From positions 360 to 64,359 of the forward strand of contig JAJDEG010000313.1 in NCBI GenBank assembly GCA_029259895.1: DNA of 64,000 nucleotides, read 5' to 3'. The notes under the pieces are model-generated. The model saw only the letters and a program-made list of their open reading frames with translations, did no database searches and had not been told where the DNA came from. Below are positions 17,726-27,642 of the stretch, in pieces. The translations under genes were made by a program, and so were the position numbers. The number at the start of each line of letters is the position of its first letter. Within the stretch, counting starts at the first letter, position 1. This stretch comes from Planctomycetota bacterium. Its GTDB lineage: Bacteria > Planctomycetota > Planctomycetia > Pirellulales > PLA5.

Positions 17726-20401
17726 TTAATTGGAGCGTGTACTCGAACTTCGAAACGGAAACGATAGAGCTGCGCCAACGAGGCCGACGAGGCCACCTGC
17801 GGATTTCATTCGCTTCCGCACGCGAACGCGCTGCGAACGAAAGTCGCAAGGCTGACCAAATTCGACGGGCGCAGCGTTGCGCGGCGCAATGCTTGGTTCG
17901 CAGCTACGAAGATGCGAGTCCCACATGCCTTCGGTGAGAACGACTGCCATGGCGCGTGTGGTGGCCTGGGTCTCGAACTCCTGTAGGTCTCGCCATGCCC
18001 GATCGATCAGGCTCGTGCCGCGGTCGAACATTCGCCGAGCAGTCTCCGCGTCGACGTGTCGAGCGGCGCGGCGTAGGACGTTGGCTTTGCGAAATTCCTG
18101 CGCCGCCCATGCCTCGGTCGGATACTCCAATTCCTCGCGTCGCTCGAGGTACGGCCGCTCGTGGTCGAGCATCCATCGCGCGTACCGAACGTAACTTTCT
18201 TGAGCGTATGCGTAGTCATCGTCGATCTGGCCTGCCTCGGCCTTGACGACGAGGTAGCGGTCCAGCGCGGCAAGAAACATCGTATACGACCAGTTCTTCT
18301 CGGCATTCAACAAGTTCATGCCGGCTACGTCGTCGCGCGGATGAATCGATCGGCGAATCAACGCTTCCGCTTTCGCCAAGTACCGCTCGTCGCGCGCGAG
18401 TTGCCAGGCGTCAATAAGGACTTGGATGGAGTTCGCCGCGCCACGGCCAGGGCACTTCGTCCCGTCGTTCCAATGGGCCGAGGCGAGTCCCGTCGGTCCA
18501 TCGTCCACGAAGCCAAGCACCGTGCGGCGTCCGTCGTCCATGGCGATAACCCACTCGGCAAGACCGACAACGGCCTCGCGGGCATCATCATTTCCAGTCA
18601 CGTAGTAATAATGCAACAGGCCAGTCGCAAAGTTATGTTCGCTGCCAGGCCCGCCGCCATACGCCGCGCCGCCGGCCGGCGCATTTTCTTTCGAGTAGGT
18701 TCGGTGCGTTGACGTCGCGGCGCTGAGATAGTGGTCCGTAAACCAAAACAGACCGCCGTTATACGCCGCCCGATCTTCGACCGTGTGGTAGCGATCGATG
18801 TCCATCACGTGTTCGGCCAACGGCTCGAAGATGTCCTGCCATCGCTCGTCGCCGCTGCGCAGCCACTGGAGAATCGCGCCGTTGAGATAGTCGAACTGGT
18901 TGTTGTAGTGCGAAATCACAGGAGCAGGGCCCGTGTAGTGCAAACCCTCGTGATTCGCCCAAACGTCGCCGAAGTTGCGCCAGCCGTATTCGTCGATTGC
19001 TTCTCGACCGCTCGTTACGCTCCAAGGTCCGACAAGTGCTCGATCGGTGTAATTCTGGAAGCGGTCGTCCGCATCGTCTTCCCGCGTTGCAAACCCGTCG
19101 ATCGCTCGCGAATCCCGGACCCACGCCGGATCGGCACCGACACGATGCGGCGACAAAACGCCCTCCAGCGGCAGCGGGCATTCCGACGGCGTTGTGCTGG
19201 CGGACGTCGCGTCATAACTCAACCACACCGAATGCGTCTTTCGCTCACCGCCTTGAAGCTCGAATAGACTGCCTCCGTCGCTCCAGCGACCCGGAAACAA
19301 ACCGACCCGAATTTCCTCTTCCGATACATCGATGGCCTTGGGGAACTGCTGCCAGAAATCGGGAATCGCGACGGCAACGCGAGAATTCTCACTTTCGCAA
19401 GCCACGAGGGGTTGCGCACGCGAACCTTCGCGGCGTCCTCGGCTCGATTCCTCGATATATCCCGGCACCGTGCAAGCAGCGCGGCCGTGGCGGTCGACGT
19501 GATTGCGGCTTTGCCAGTTTTTTCCGCCGCTCGAGCCCTGGTAGATCGAGAGCAGCGCTTTTTCGCTTGCCACCGGCGAGTTCGGTTCCGTCTTCCAGCG
19601 AATCGACGGGTCGCCACCACTCGGACGCTTCAGCGTGAGATCCAGTGAACGAAAAAACCGCGAGCCGCGATCGCCCAAATCCCAAATTCCGCCGCGATGT
19701 CGAGCCGCATGCGGATTGTGAATCGCAAACCGCAGCAGCACGGCCTCGCTGGCGGCAAAGAACGAAAGCCTCGCGGTCCAACGAAGGCCGTCGCTGCCGG
19801 CCATGATCCCCGACGCACGCAACGTCGTTCGCACGCGACCCGTCGATTCGACGATTAACCGCTCGACGGAAGGAAGCTGCGTTCGGCCCTCGGCGTCGAC
19901 GAGTTGTATTTCCGCGGCATTCTCCAAGCAGCGCGCTTCGTCGGCGAATTCTACGGCACGAAACGGTCGGAAGGTTCGCGCGTCGATGTGAAACGCAGCC
20001 TTGCCCGTCTGAACGATCCACACATCGTCCGCTTTGCAAACGCGAACGCCGGCCGAGACGCTTTCGTCGACGCGCCATAGATACAACGTCGCGGTGCGCT
20101 CGGTCGTCGTCGACGGTAGCGAGTCGACGAGCAACCAGCGAATGCTGCCGTCGGACCAATGCGCCATGGGCGTCGCTTGTGCCCCGGTCGGTACCTCTCC
20201 GAAATCCACGGCTGCGGCAACGTGCTCCGCAGAAAGCAAGCCGCGCGGCAGCGGGACGCCAAACCGAACGGGCAGCGGCACGACGTCGGTGCGCGAACAC
20301 GTCGCGACCAGGGGCAAGGCGACCGTGTCCGCGGGAATCTTTACCGAGTCAACGGCAAAAGCAGCATCGACCGGGCTATTTGAAAAAGTCGTCACTTGCA
20401 A
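17726..20401 (-). CDS. large conserved-looking hypothetical protein (891 aa), possible polysaccharide lyase/hydrolase-like
   Basis: Uninterrupted 2.7-kb ORF inside the operon, with no N-terminal signal peptide. The N-terminus (FGVPLPRGLL...HWSDGSIRWLLVD) recalls the RIFT-barrel start of PcRGLX/YetA-like proteins. The middle (GGLFWFTDHY..., LHYYYVTGNDDAREA) looks like an alpha/alpha toroid. The functional call is weak. Confidence 0.6.
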   Translation of the reverse strand: MQVTTFSNSPVDAAFAVDSVKIPADTVALPLVATCSRTDVVPLPVRFGVPLPRGLLSAEHVAAAVDFGEVPTGAQATPMAHWSDGSIRWLLVDSLPSTTTERTATLYLWRVDESVSAGVRVCKADDVWIVQTGKAAFHIDARTFRPFRAVEFADEARCLENAAEIQLVDAEGRTQLPSVERLIVESTGRVRTTLRASGIMAGSDGLRWTARLSFFAASEAVLLRFAIHNPHAARHRGGIWDLGDRGSRFFRSLDLTLKRPSGGDPSIRWKTEPNSPVASEKALLSIYQGSSGGKNWQSRNHVDRHGRAACTVPGYIEESSRGRREGSRAQPLVACESENSRVAVAIPDFWQQFPKAIDVSEEEIRVGLFPGRWSDGGSLFELQGGERKTHSVWLSYDATSASTTPSECPLPLEGVLSPHRVGADPAWVRDSRAIDGFATREDDADDRFQNYTDRALVGPWSVTSGREAIDEYGWRNFGDVWANHEGLHYTGPAPVISHYNNQFDYLNGAILQWLRSGDERWQDIFEPLAEHVMDIDRYHTVEDRAAYNGGLFWFTDHYLSAATSTHRTYSKENAPAGGAAYGGGPGSEHNFATGLLHYYYVTGNDDAREAVVGLAEWVIAMDDGRRTVLGFVDDGPTGLASAHWNDGTKCPGRGAANSIQVLIDAWQLARDERYLAKAEALIRRSIHPRDDVAGMNLLNAEKNWSYTMFLAALDRYLVVKAEAGQIDDDYAYAQESYVRYARWMLDHERPYLERREELEYPTEAWAAQEFRKANVLRRAARHVDAETARRMFDRGTSLIDRAWRDLQEFETQATTRAMAVVLTEGMWDSHLRSCEPSIAPRNAAPVEFGQPCDFRSQRVRVRKRMKSAGGLVGLVGAALSFPFRSSSTRSN

Positions 20402-20435
20402 TTAGTTCGTACCGAGAACGAAAGCTTCGTTCGCC

Positions 20436-22364
20436 TTAAACGTTTTTGCCGGCCAATGCGGGCGGCGACGATAGGGGCGACGATAGGTAAGTGTCCGCCC
20501 AACGACCAAGCACCATCAACGACCACAACAGCGCGCCGTGGCGTCCCGTGCGGTTCAAGTGGGCGCGGTAGAGTCGTGCGACGGCCGGTTGGTCGATGAG
20601 ATTCGCGACTCCACTGTTCGGCGACAGCACGGCCGACTCGAACGTGTCGCGCAGCGGCCCGCGCAACCATTCGTCCACAGGAATCTCAAACCCCTGTTTT
20701 CGCCGCCGACAGACCGATGCAGGCAATCGATCGCGATAAATCTCCTTGAAGATCCACTTGCCCGAACCGTCGCGGACTTTTAGTTCCGATGGGATTTGCG
20801 CCGTGAGTTCGAGCAGTTCGTGATCGACCAGCGGCGGGCGGACTTCCAATCCGCAGGACATGCTCGCGCGATCAACTTTGGTCAAGAAATCATCAGGCAG
20901 CACCACGGCCACGTCGGCCGCGATCATCGCGGAGAGCGCATCACCCGCCGCGGCCGAGCCGTAGGCTTCGACGATCTTGCCGCCAGGATCGTGGCCGTTC
21001 AATTCGCATCGCACATCCGCCGCGAGCAGAGTTCGCCGCCAAGGATGCCGGGCGACCGACAGCGTATTGGCGTACGCCTCGCCAGCGGGAAGCGATAGGT
21101 TCGTCAACAAGGTCTTTGCCCTAAGCGGCCGCGGTAGCCAGTCGGCCTTCGGCCACGCCCGCGCGAGCGGCGCCAGCAACGTCCGGCGACTCCATTGCGG
21201 CAAACTCCTCCGCAGCCGCGCCTCGCGCAAGTCGTCTACGTATCGGCGATACCCACCGAACGCCTCGTCGCCGCCGTCCCCCGAGATCGCCACTTTTACG
21301 AATCGCCGCGCCAGCCGCGAGAGCCGCATCGTTGGAATCGCCGAGCTGTCGGCAAACGGCTCGTCGAAGTACTTCACCAGATCGTCCAAGTCGGTCGCCG
21401 CGTCGGCGCTAACCACCTCTTCCTCGTGCCGACAGCCAAAGTATTCGGCAACCTCGCGGGCATACGGCAGTTCACTGAACCCGTCTTCGCGAAAGCCAAT
21501 CGAGAACGTCGACGTTGGCTCGCCACTCTGGTCGGCGAATATCGCCACCGTCGCGCTCGAATCGAGTCCTCCACTTAGAAAAGCGCCGACTGGCACGTCC
21601 GCGATGCGATGTAAGCGCATCGTTTCGTCCAGTTTCGCCTCAATCGCCTCGGACCAATCGGCAACGGAGCGACTCGTGTCGACGGCCGGGCGATATTGCC
21701 AATATCGTTGGGCCGTCCGCGAAAGCTCGTCCGGCGTGACGACGAGTACATGCGCCGGCGGCAGTTTTTCGATTCGGCGAAAAATCGATCGCGGCGACGG
21801 AATGAATCCGAACGCCAAGTAATCCTCCAGCGCCGCGGGATCGATCGTTCGATCGATACCCGGATAAGCCAGAATCGCCTTGATCTCCGAACCGAAAACC
21901 AGTTTTTCACCGTCGCGATAGATATACAGCGGCTTGAGACCGACGCGATCGCGGGCCAACACGAGTTGCCGCCTGCGATCATCCCACAGCGCAAACGCAA
22001 ACATCCCCCGCAACCGCTCGACCATCGCCGGGCCAACCTCTTCATAGAGATGAACCAGCACCTCTGTATCGCTCTGCGTGCGAAACGTATGTCCCTTGGA
22101 AATCAATTCCCGACGCAGACCCTGGTAATTATAAATCTCCCCATTGAAGACAACCTGAATCGAGCCGTCTTCATTGCCCATCGGCTGATCGCCGGCATCG
22201 AGGTCAATGATCGACAACCGGCGGTGGCAAAGCGCAACGCGCTGCCCAACCCAGACGCCGTCCCCGTCCGGGCCTCGGTGCGCAATGGCCGCGCCCTGAC
22301 GCAAGGCGAACGCCTCGGCGTCGGCGGAGTGTCGGCTCGTCAAAGATCCAGCGATACCGCACAT
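20436..22364 (-). CDS. asnB: asparagine synthase (glutamine-hydrolysing), exosortase-system-associated amidotransferase type, paralog 2
   Basis: Canonical MCGIAG start at 22364; the ORF-track start at 22409 adds 15 aa. Also has RGPDG, HRRLSIIDL and the PP-loop FLSGGLDSSATVA. Confidence 0.9.
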   Translation of the reverse strand: MCGIAGSLTSRHSADAEAFALRQGAAIAHRGPDGDGVWVGQRVALCHRRLSIIDLDAGDQPMGNEDGSIQVVFNGEIYNYQGLRRELISKGHTFRTQSDTEVLVHLYEEVGPAMVERLRGMFAFALWDDRRRQLVLARDRVGLKPLYIYRDGEKLVFGSEIKAILAYPGIDRTIDPAALEDYLAFGFIPSPRSIFRRIEKLPPAHVLVVTPDELSRTAQRYWQYRPAVDTSRSVADWSEAIEAKLDETMRLHRIADVPVGAFLSGGLDSSATVAIFADQSGEPTSTFSIGFREDGFSELPYAREVAEYFGCRHEEEVVSADAATDLDDLVKYFDEPFADSSAIPTMRLSRLARRFVKVAISGDGGDEAFGGYRRYVDDLREARLRRSLPQWSRRTLLAPLARAWPKADWLPRPLRAKTLLTNLSLPAGEAYANTLSVARHPWRRTLLAADVRCELNGHDPGGKIVEAYGSAAAGDALSAMIAADVAVVLPDDFLTKVDRASMSCGLEVRPPLVDHELLELTAQIPSELKVRDGSGKWIFKEIYRDRLPASVCRRRKQGFEIPVDEWLRGPLRDTFESAVLSPNSGVANLIDQPAVARLYRAHLNRTGRHGALLWSLMVLGRWADTYLSSPLSSPPALAGKNV

Positions 22365-22372
22365 GGGAACGA

Positions 22373-23260
22373 TCAGACAGACCTGAGAAATGCAAACTTC
22401 GGTGAGCACAAGACGACTTGCGTCTTGACGCCATGCACTTCAAACGTCTCAAAAGGAATTGAAAACGACGCGAGAATGCGTCGCGCCGCCGCGACCGTCA
22501 TTCGTTCTCCGGCGCGCTCTGCATCGTCGAAGACAACGACGAACGAATCGCTCAGCGTATGAGGCAACAATTGAAGGACGCCGGACCTCGAATAGGGTCC
22601 GGTTGTGCTTGGGCCATCAACGAGAACTAGGTCAAACTTGCGGTTCGCAAGTTCAGCGAAGTCGTTATACCACGTGGTGCGAATCGCTTCGCCGCTGCCG
22701 TTGCACTTAAAGCGTGTCGCGGCGAGAGGTAGAAAGCGGTAATCGTGATGACGCCCGTTTCGAGTAATCTGCGGCACCATGATGTCTCGCCACGTCTCGC
22801 TTTCCTCTAGTGTTACGACTTCGACGCCAGCCTCCCTGTGGAAGTAATCGGCGAGAAGGCGGGTCGTTTGGCCCGAGCCAAGTTCGAGGATGGACTTCGG
22901 CTTGCAAATAACGAGACATTTCTCCAAAAACCATTGAAAGGACGGATTGGCCGCAGCACCGTCGAGAAGCAGCATGCGCGGTAGTCGCTGCTCGTTTACT
23001 AAGTTCGCATAGAGCGCAACGCTAGCGAGGAGGTCGTCGGCACGCGACTGAAGGCGAAATAGAATCAAAACTGCGAGAAGAACAAATCCCACAATGACGG
23101 CGACAGCAATCGGAATGATTGGACCGCGCAGGACGGGAATCGCAGTGGATGCGAAGAGAAGCGTACAGACGACCGCACCAGCGGCGATTATCATCGCTTT
23201 TCCATGCCGCTCGCGGCCCTTAACGAGGCGACAAATCAAATCATCGATTGCGTACCACAT
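22373..23260 (-). CDS. class I SAM-dependent methyltransferase-like protein with N-terminal membrane anchor
   Basis: Two N-terminal hydrophobic helices, then ILELGSGQTTRLLADYF ... FDLVLVDGPS. G+C is markedly lower than in neighbouring genes. Confidence 0.6.
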   Translation of the reverse strand: MWYAIDDLICRLVKGRERHGKAMIIAAGAVVCTLLFASTAIPVLRGPIIPIAVAVIVGFVLLAVLILFRLQSRADDLLASVALYANLVNEQRLPRMLLLDGAAANPSFQWFLEKCLVICKPKSILELGSGQTTRLLADYFHREAGVEVVTLEESETWRDIMVPQITRNGRHHDYRFLPLAATRFKCNGSGEAIRTTWYNDFAELANRKFDLVLVDGPSTTGPYSRSGVLQLLPHTLSDSFVVVFDDAERAGERMTVAAARRILASFSIPFETFEVHGVKTQVVLCSPKFAFLRSV

Positions 23261-23271
23261 TTACTTTCCAA

Positions 23272-24666
23272 CTACGGGTGAGTTGCCGTCGACGGCAATG
23301 GAATATTGGATTGTTGAATGTCGTCCCGCGAGCGTTCAAGTGTGGCATGTCGCAGAAACGCGTAGTCGCTGTCGAACCGATTACGATCCGCCGGATCCCA
23401 ATACTCCATACAATTTAGTTTATTGACCTTCACGGCCAATCCGCCGGTCCATGTTTCGCCGCGGTCAACGGCGACTTTACGAATGGCGTCGTCGAGAATT
23501 CGAGTGGCATGTTGGCACGTCATATTGTCCATGACCCACTGCCGCGGCGAAAACCGCTGGTGGTTCTGGACCATGTTGGCCAGTGCGTCCGGTAGCGCGC
23601 GTTCGGTGGCGAAGTGGCCGGTGACTTCGTTGACGTATGGGTAGCGGTAGCCGTAATTGAAGCCGTCGCGGACGAGACACGGCACATCCGAAAACATGCC
23701 TTCGATGATGGCACGATTGACACCCTCTTTTCTCGACCAAATCACGTTAACCTTAGCGCGGCGAAGAAGTCCGTTCACATGCTCGTAGGGCACGGCATCG
23801 TGGAATTCAATCTGGTCATCAACGCCGTAGTAGGCGGCTTGGGCGCGAATGTCGGCAAGCGTCAAGCCGTTGCAGTAGCCCGCCAGGAGTGTCTTGAGGC
23901 GAATTCCGCGGCGACGGAGAACGGAAAGCGCGTGAAACAGTCGATAGTGCCGCTTGTAGTTTGCCCAAGCGGCAATCATGACAACATCGGCGTCTTTTTC
24001 GACAGGGGTGTCCATTGGAAACTGACGGTAGTCGACCCACCAATTCGTGGATAGCGGCACAGAAATCAGGTTCGAGTTCGCGTTGCGGATAAACTCTGCG
24101 TCACGCGGTTCGTAAGCGAGCACGAACACCGGAAATCGATGCCGCATGTAACTCAGGATCGGGAGATTGCAGTAGCCGCTCCAATCCGGCTCGATGACGA
24201 TGTGGTACCTCTCGGCGATGCGATGCAGATCGAAACAACGCGCAAACAGCAGGAAAGCATCCGAATAGGTTACAAATAGCACTCCCTTCTCATTGTAAGA
24301 ACTGGATTTTATCACGATCGCCAGTGATTCAAGTATTCGATGTGGCTCTTTGACGATTCGTTCCATCGACGGGTTAATCGGCGCGTTTGCGACGAAATCG
24401 TCGAGAACTCGCAAGACAGCGTGGCCTTTCCCCTCGGCGGCAGCACGAGACGCACTTTGGATTGTACGTTCGGCAAGGTTCGTCGAGAACGAGCTGAGCG
24501 CTGCCCGGTGCGCTGAGCATAGGATCGCGACCGCCCGTTGCGCATGGCCGATCTTGAACAGTACCCAGGCAGCAATACCCAGCGCGAACCCCGTAGGCCG
24601 ATGCAGCCAAGTAGCATCGAATTTGAGGTATTCGCGACACCGCTGAAGTGCCATTTTCAAACGCAT
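23272..24666 (-). CDS. glycosyltransferase-like protein (GT-B C-terminal half)
   Basis: VVMIAAWANYKRHYRLF ... LKTLLAGY ... VNVIWSRKEGVNRAIIEGMFSDVPCLV. The ATG at 24666 lies 4 nt below the upstream stop (24671), whereas the ORF-track start would overlap by 95 nt. Low G+C. Confidence 0.55.
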   Translation of the reverse strand: MRLKMALQRCREYLKFDATWLHRPTGFALGIAAWVLFKIGHAQRAVAILCSAHRAALSSFSTNLAERTIQSASRAAAEGKGHAVLRVLDDFVANAPINPSMERIVKEPHRILESLAIVIKSSSYNEKGVLFVTYSDAFLLFARCFDLHRIAERYHIVIEPDWSGYCNLPILSYMRHRFPVFVLAYEPRDAEFIRNANSNLISVPLSTNWWVDYRQFPMDTPVEKDADVVMIAAWANYKRHYRLFHALSVLRRRGIRLKTLLAGYCNGLTLADIRAQAAYYGVDDQIEFHDAVPYEHVNGLLRRAKVNVIWSRKEGVNRAIIEGMFSDVPCLVRDGFNYGYRYPYVNEVTGHFATERALPDALANMVQNHQRFSPRQWVMDNMTCQHATRILDDAIRKVAVDRGETWTGGLAVKVNKLNCMEYWDPADRNRFDSDYAFLRHATLERSRDDIQQSNIPLPSTATHP

Positions 24667-24670
24667 CTCG

Positions 24671-25342
24671 TCAAACGACCGTGTTAGGGTAATTGCTCTT
24701 GGCGGTGGACGTTTCCACAGTCTGGTCGGCACTTTCGCAATGAGCATTGCCGTCGGTTCGGCCACGATGGCGAATCAACCGGCACGGCACGCCCGCCGCG
24801 ACGACGCGCGGTTCGACTGGCTTAACGACGACCGAGCCTGCGCCGATGATCGCTTCCTTGCCGACGTCGGCCATTACCACCGAACGTTCGCCGATCCAGG
24901 CGCCTTCGCCGATGGTGATTCGTGGGTAGCTTCCGGCCTGCTCGCGGATCGGAACATCCAAACGGTCGATCTCATGTTGCCGGCCACCGTTGACGATCGA
25001 AACGTGCGACGCCACGAGTACGTCGGCTCCAATCGTCGCGTCGCCAATCGAGCAATACACGCCCAAGTATACGTTTTGTCCCAGGCGAGCCGTCGGATGG
25101 GAAAACACGGTGCCAAACGAAATCACCACGCCCGATCCACACTCCGGTAGACAAAGTCGATAAAACGCCCGACGAAGGTACTCGCCACACAGTCCGGGAA
25201 TCAAGCTCATCGCCTGCGACCAGCCGCAAAACGCACGCTGCCGGCCCAGCAAAAGCGCACCTAGCCGACAAAAAAGCCACGCCGGCAAGACCAGGAGCGT
25301 GGCAATCGACTCGGCGATTGTCTTAAAGAGCTGTTTCGTCAA
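24671..25342 (-). CDS. hexapeptide-repeat (LbH) O-acetyltransferase
   Basis: 223 aa with left-handed beta-helix repeats (VYLGVYCSIGDATIGADVLVASHVSIVNGG ... ITIGEGAWIGERSVVMADVGKEAIIGAGSVV). TTG start. Confidence 0.8.
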   Translation of the reverse strand: MTKQLFKTIAESIATLLVLPAWLFCRLGALLLGRQRAFCGWSQAMSLIPGLCGEYLRRAFYRLCLPECGSGVVISFGTVFSHPTARLGQNVYLGVYCSIGDATIGADVLVASHVSIVNGGRQHEIDRLDVPIREQAGSYPRITIGEGAWIGERSVVMADVGKEAIIGAGSVVVKPVEPRVVAAGVPCRLIRHRGRTDGNAHCESADQTVETSTAKSNYPNTVV

Positions 25343-25369
25343 AGGAAGTCGCTAAATCTGCCGTTAGTG

Positions 25370-26608
25370 TCAGACGCGTTGTCCAGACGACGCCGGATGT
25401 TCGTCGTCGGACGTCGTGCAATGCGAAGCAAACGTCGAGCCATCAGCGCGGCCGCCGAACGTATCAAGCGCCTGGCGGCTCAACACATCCCAACCGAACC
25501 GCGTCGCCGCCCATTCTCGGCCAGCCTTGCCCATGTTGGTGCGAAGCTCGTCGTCCGAAAGCAGCCGGACCACGCGCTGGGCGAGCGGGCCAGGCTCGAC
25601 GCACGAAACGATCGTGCCGGTCTGTGGGAATTCACCATCGCCCAGCGACATAGTTTCGCTCGTTCCGCCGGAGTCTCCGGCCAGCACGGCCTTACCGCAG
25701 GCCTGTGCCTCGAGCAGCACCATGCCGAAGCCCTCGAAGTCGCCTCGTACGGTTCGGTTGGGCAACGCGAACAAATCGCACTGTTGGTAGCATTCGATCA
25801 GCTCGTCGTCGGCCGTCTCGCCGCGGAACTGCACGTGTTCGCCCATCCCAAGTTCCGCGACCAGTCGCTCCAGCGCCGTCCGTTCCTCGCCCTCACCCAC
25901 AATCGAATACAACACGTCGGGCACGTTGTGTCGGATTTGCGGCAGGGCGCGGATCATCATGTCGTGCCCCTTGCGCTTCTGAAGCCGGCCGGCGGTGAGC
26001 ACGACCGTTCGGCCGGTCCAGCCCAAGCGGTCGCGCGTGGCGGCGCACGTCTCGGCCGGCGTGAATCGCTCGATGTCGACGCCGGGATAGAGCAGCCGCA
26101 GCTTCGTTTCAGAGACGTGCCACTCGTCGCGAAGCAAACGCAGCGTGTTTCGACTATTGGCCACGACCATCGCCGCACCCCCGAACACCCGCAGCCGCAG
26201 CCACGCCAATTCCCGCCCCCGATAGCTAAGCTCTTCGCCATGCACGTAAACCAAAAAAGGCGTGCCGGTCGTCTGCTTCACCAACCACGCCGCAACGCCT
26301 TCGGGCCATGTGCATCCACAGTGGATCGCTCCGATCTGCTCGGCACGCACCCGGCGTCGCAATCGCCGCGCCAACCCCAAATACCGCCTCAAACCGGCGA
26401 AACTAGCGATCCCCAAGCTCGGAAAGTTCAACCGCAGTCGCTCGACGTCCAGATCGTGCGTCGCATCGAATTCCGCCGCGCCGGCATAGTCGCCCGCCAC
26501 AACGCGCACCATCTCCCGCGGCAACCGCCGATAAATCTCCCAAAACCACCGGCCACTACCGCCAGTCTGAGGTGGGAAAACTTGAGAGAGAAGCAAATAC
26601 GGTTTCAT
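25370..26608 (-). CDS. glycosyltransferase family 4
   Basis: MKPYLLLSQVFPPQTGGSGRW at the N-terminus and EGFGMVLLEAQACGKAVLAGDSGGTSE in the C-terminal half. The ATG at 26608 forms an ATGA overlap with the upstream stop (26605-26608). Confidence 0.85.
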   Translation of the reverse strand: MKPYLLLSQVFPPQTGGSGRWFWEIYRRLPREMVRVVAGDYAGAAEFDATHDLDVERLRLNFPSLGIASFAGLRRYLGLARRLRRRVRAEQIGAIHCGCTWPEGVAAWLVKQTTGTPFLVYVHGEELSYRGRELAWLRLRVFGGAAMVVANSRNTLRLLRDEWHVSETKLRLLYPGVDIERFTPAETCAATRDRLGWTGRTVVLTAGRLQKRKGHDMMIRALPQIRHNVPDVLYSIVGEGEERTALERLVAELGMGEHVQFRGETADDELIECYQQCDLFALPNRTVRGDFEGFGMVLLEAQACGKAVLAGDSGGTSETMSLGDGEFPQTGTIVSCVEPGPLAQRVVRLLSDDELRTNMGKAGREWAATRFGWDVLSRQALDTFGGRADGSTFASHCTTSDDEHPASSGQRV

Positions 26609-27642
26609 GCGCCCAACAACTCGCCATAGATTCCGCGATAAGAAGCGATGAACGTCGAACGACAAAACCAGCGTTCAGCCACGGACCTTGCGTTTTCGGA
26701 CATCGAATTCCAAGTTCTTTGCGTTTCCTCGATCGCGGCGACGAACGATTCCGCGTTGGAGCCGCACACGGCGCCCATTCGCTGCTCGGCAACCATGTCG
26801 GCCAAACCAACCTGATCCGACACGACGACTGGCCGTCCGCTGGCAAGGCTTTCGATGACCGAGTTTGGTGCCGGCTTTCCTCGATGGCGACACAAAAATG
26901 GGGCGACCGTCACGTGAGCGTTCGCGTAGAACCGGCTCATGTCGTCGAATCGGCCTACGTGGACCTCGACGTTCGGCGACGGCTGTTCCGCGAGGCGACG
27001 CTGCAATTCCTGCAACGCCGTCCCCCACGGTCGCCATGCCAAGACGAACCGCCAGTCTGGCCGCATCTTAGCCGCCGCGAGCAGCAAACCGACGCCGCGG
27101 TCGTCGAGCCAATCCGCCCGGTCCGGACTCGAGGCGAACAGCACCGTATACGGCGTATCTGGGCAGGGCGTCGGCTTGAATCGCTCCAAATCGACCGGCG
27201 GAAACACGAGCCGGACTTGCCCACGATCGATGCCCAACGCCTGCAATTCGTCGCGCGCCCCCGGCCATTCGACGGCGAACAGGTCGACCTTCGAAAGCAT
27301 ATCTTTGCCGCTGCTGCCGTTCGTTACGGCGGCCGTCAATACGGTCGGTCTCCTACGAATCGCTCGCAGATGAAACCAATCGCCAATGCTGCCGAATACG
27401 TGGTTGATGTCGAAAGCGTGTTGCATGACCGCGGTCATACCGCGAAAGAATAGTTGCAGCCGCGGGTGAAAGCCAAGGCCGTGCCGTACCGATATCGGCC
27501 ATCGCGACCGAGCATTGACGCCCCACACGGCGCTGCCCGGAAACGCCCGTCGCAAGCACGCCACTTCGCTCGCTAGGGCTTCCATTTTCGGTTCAAACGA
27601 CGTCGACCAGTACGCTATTCGCGGCAACACGTCACGATCCAT
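26605..27642 (-). CDS. glycosyltransferase (GT-B)
   Basis: 345 aa with a C-terminal Rossmann half (VHVGRFDDMSRFYANAHVTVAPF...PNSVIESLASGRPVVVSDQVG). The true ATG at 27642 overlaps the upstream methyltransferase end by 28 nt. Confidence 0.7.
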   Translation of the reverse strand: MDRDVLPRIAYWSTSFEPKMEALASEVACLRRAFPGSAVWGVNARSRWPISVRHGLGFHPRLQLFFRGMTAVMQHAFDINHVFGSIGDWFHLRAIRRRPTVLTAAVTNGSSGKDMLSKVDLFAVEWPGARDELQALGIDRGQVRLVFPPVDLERFKPTPCPDTPYTVLFASSPDRADWLDDRGVGLLLAAAKMRPDWRFVLAWRPWGTALQELQRRLAEQPSPNVEVHVGRFDDMSRFYANAHVTVAPFLCRHRGKPAPNSVIESLASGRPVVVSDQVGLADMVAEQRMGAVCGSNAESFVAAIEETQRTWNSMSENARSVAERWFCRSTFIASYRGIYGELLGA

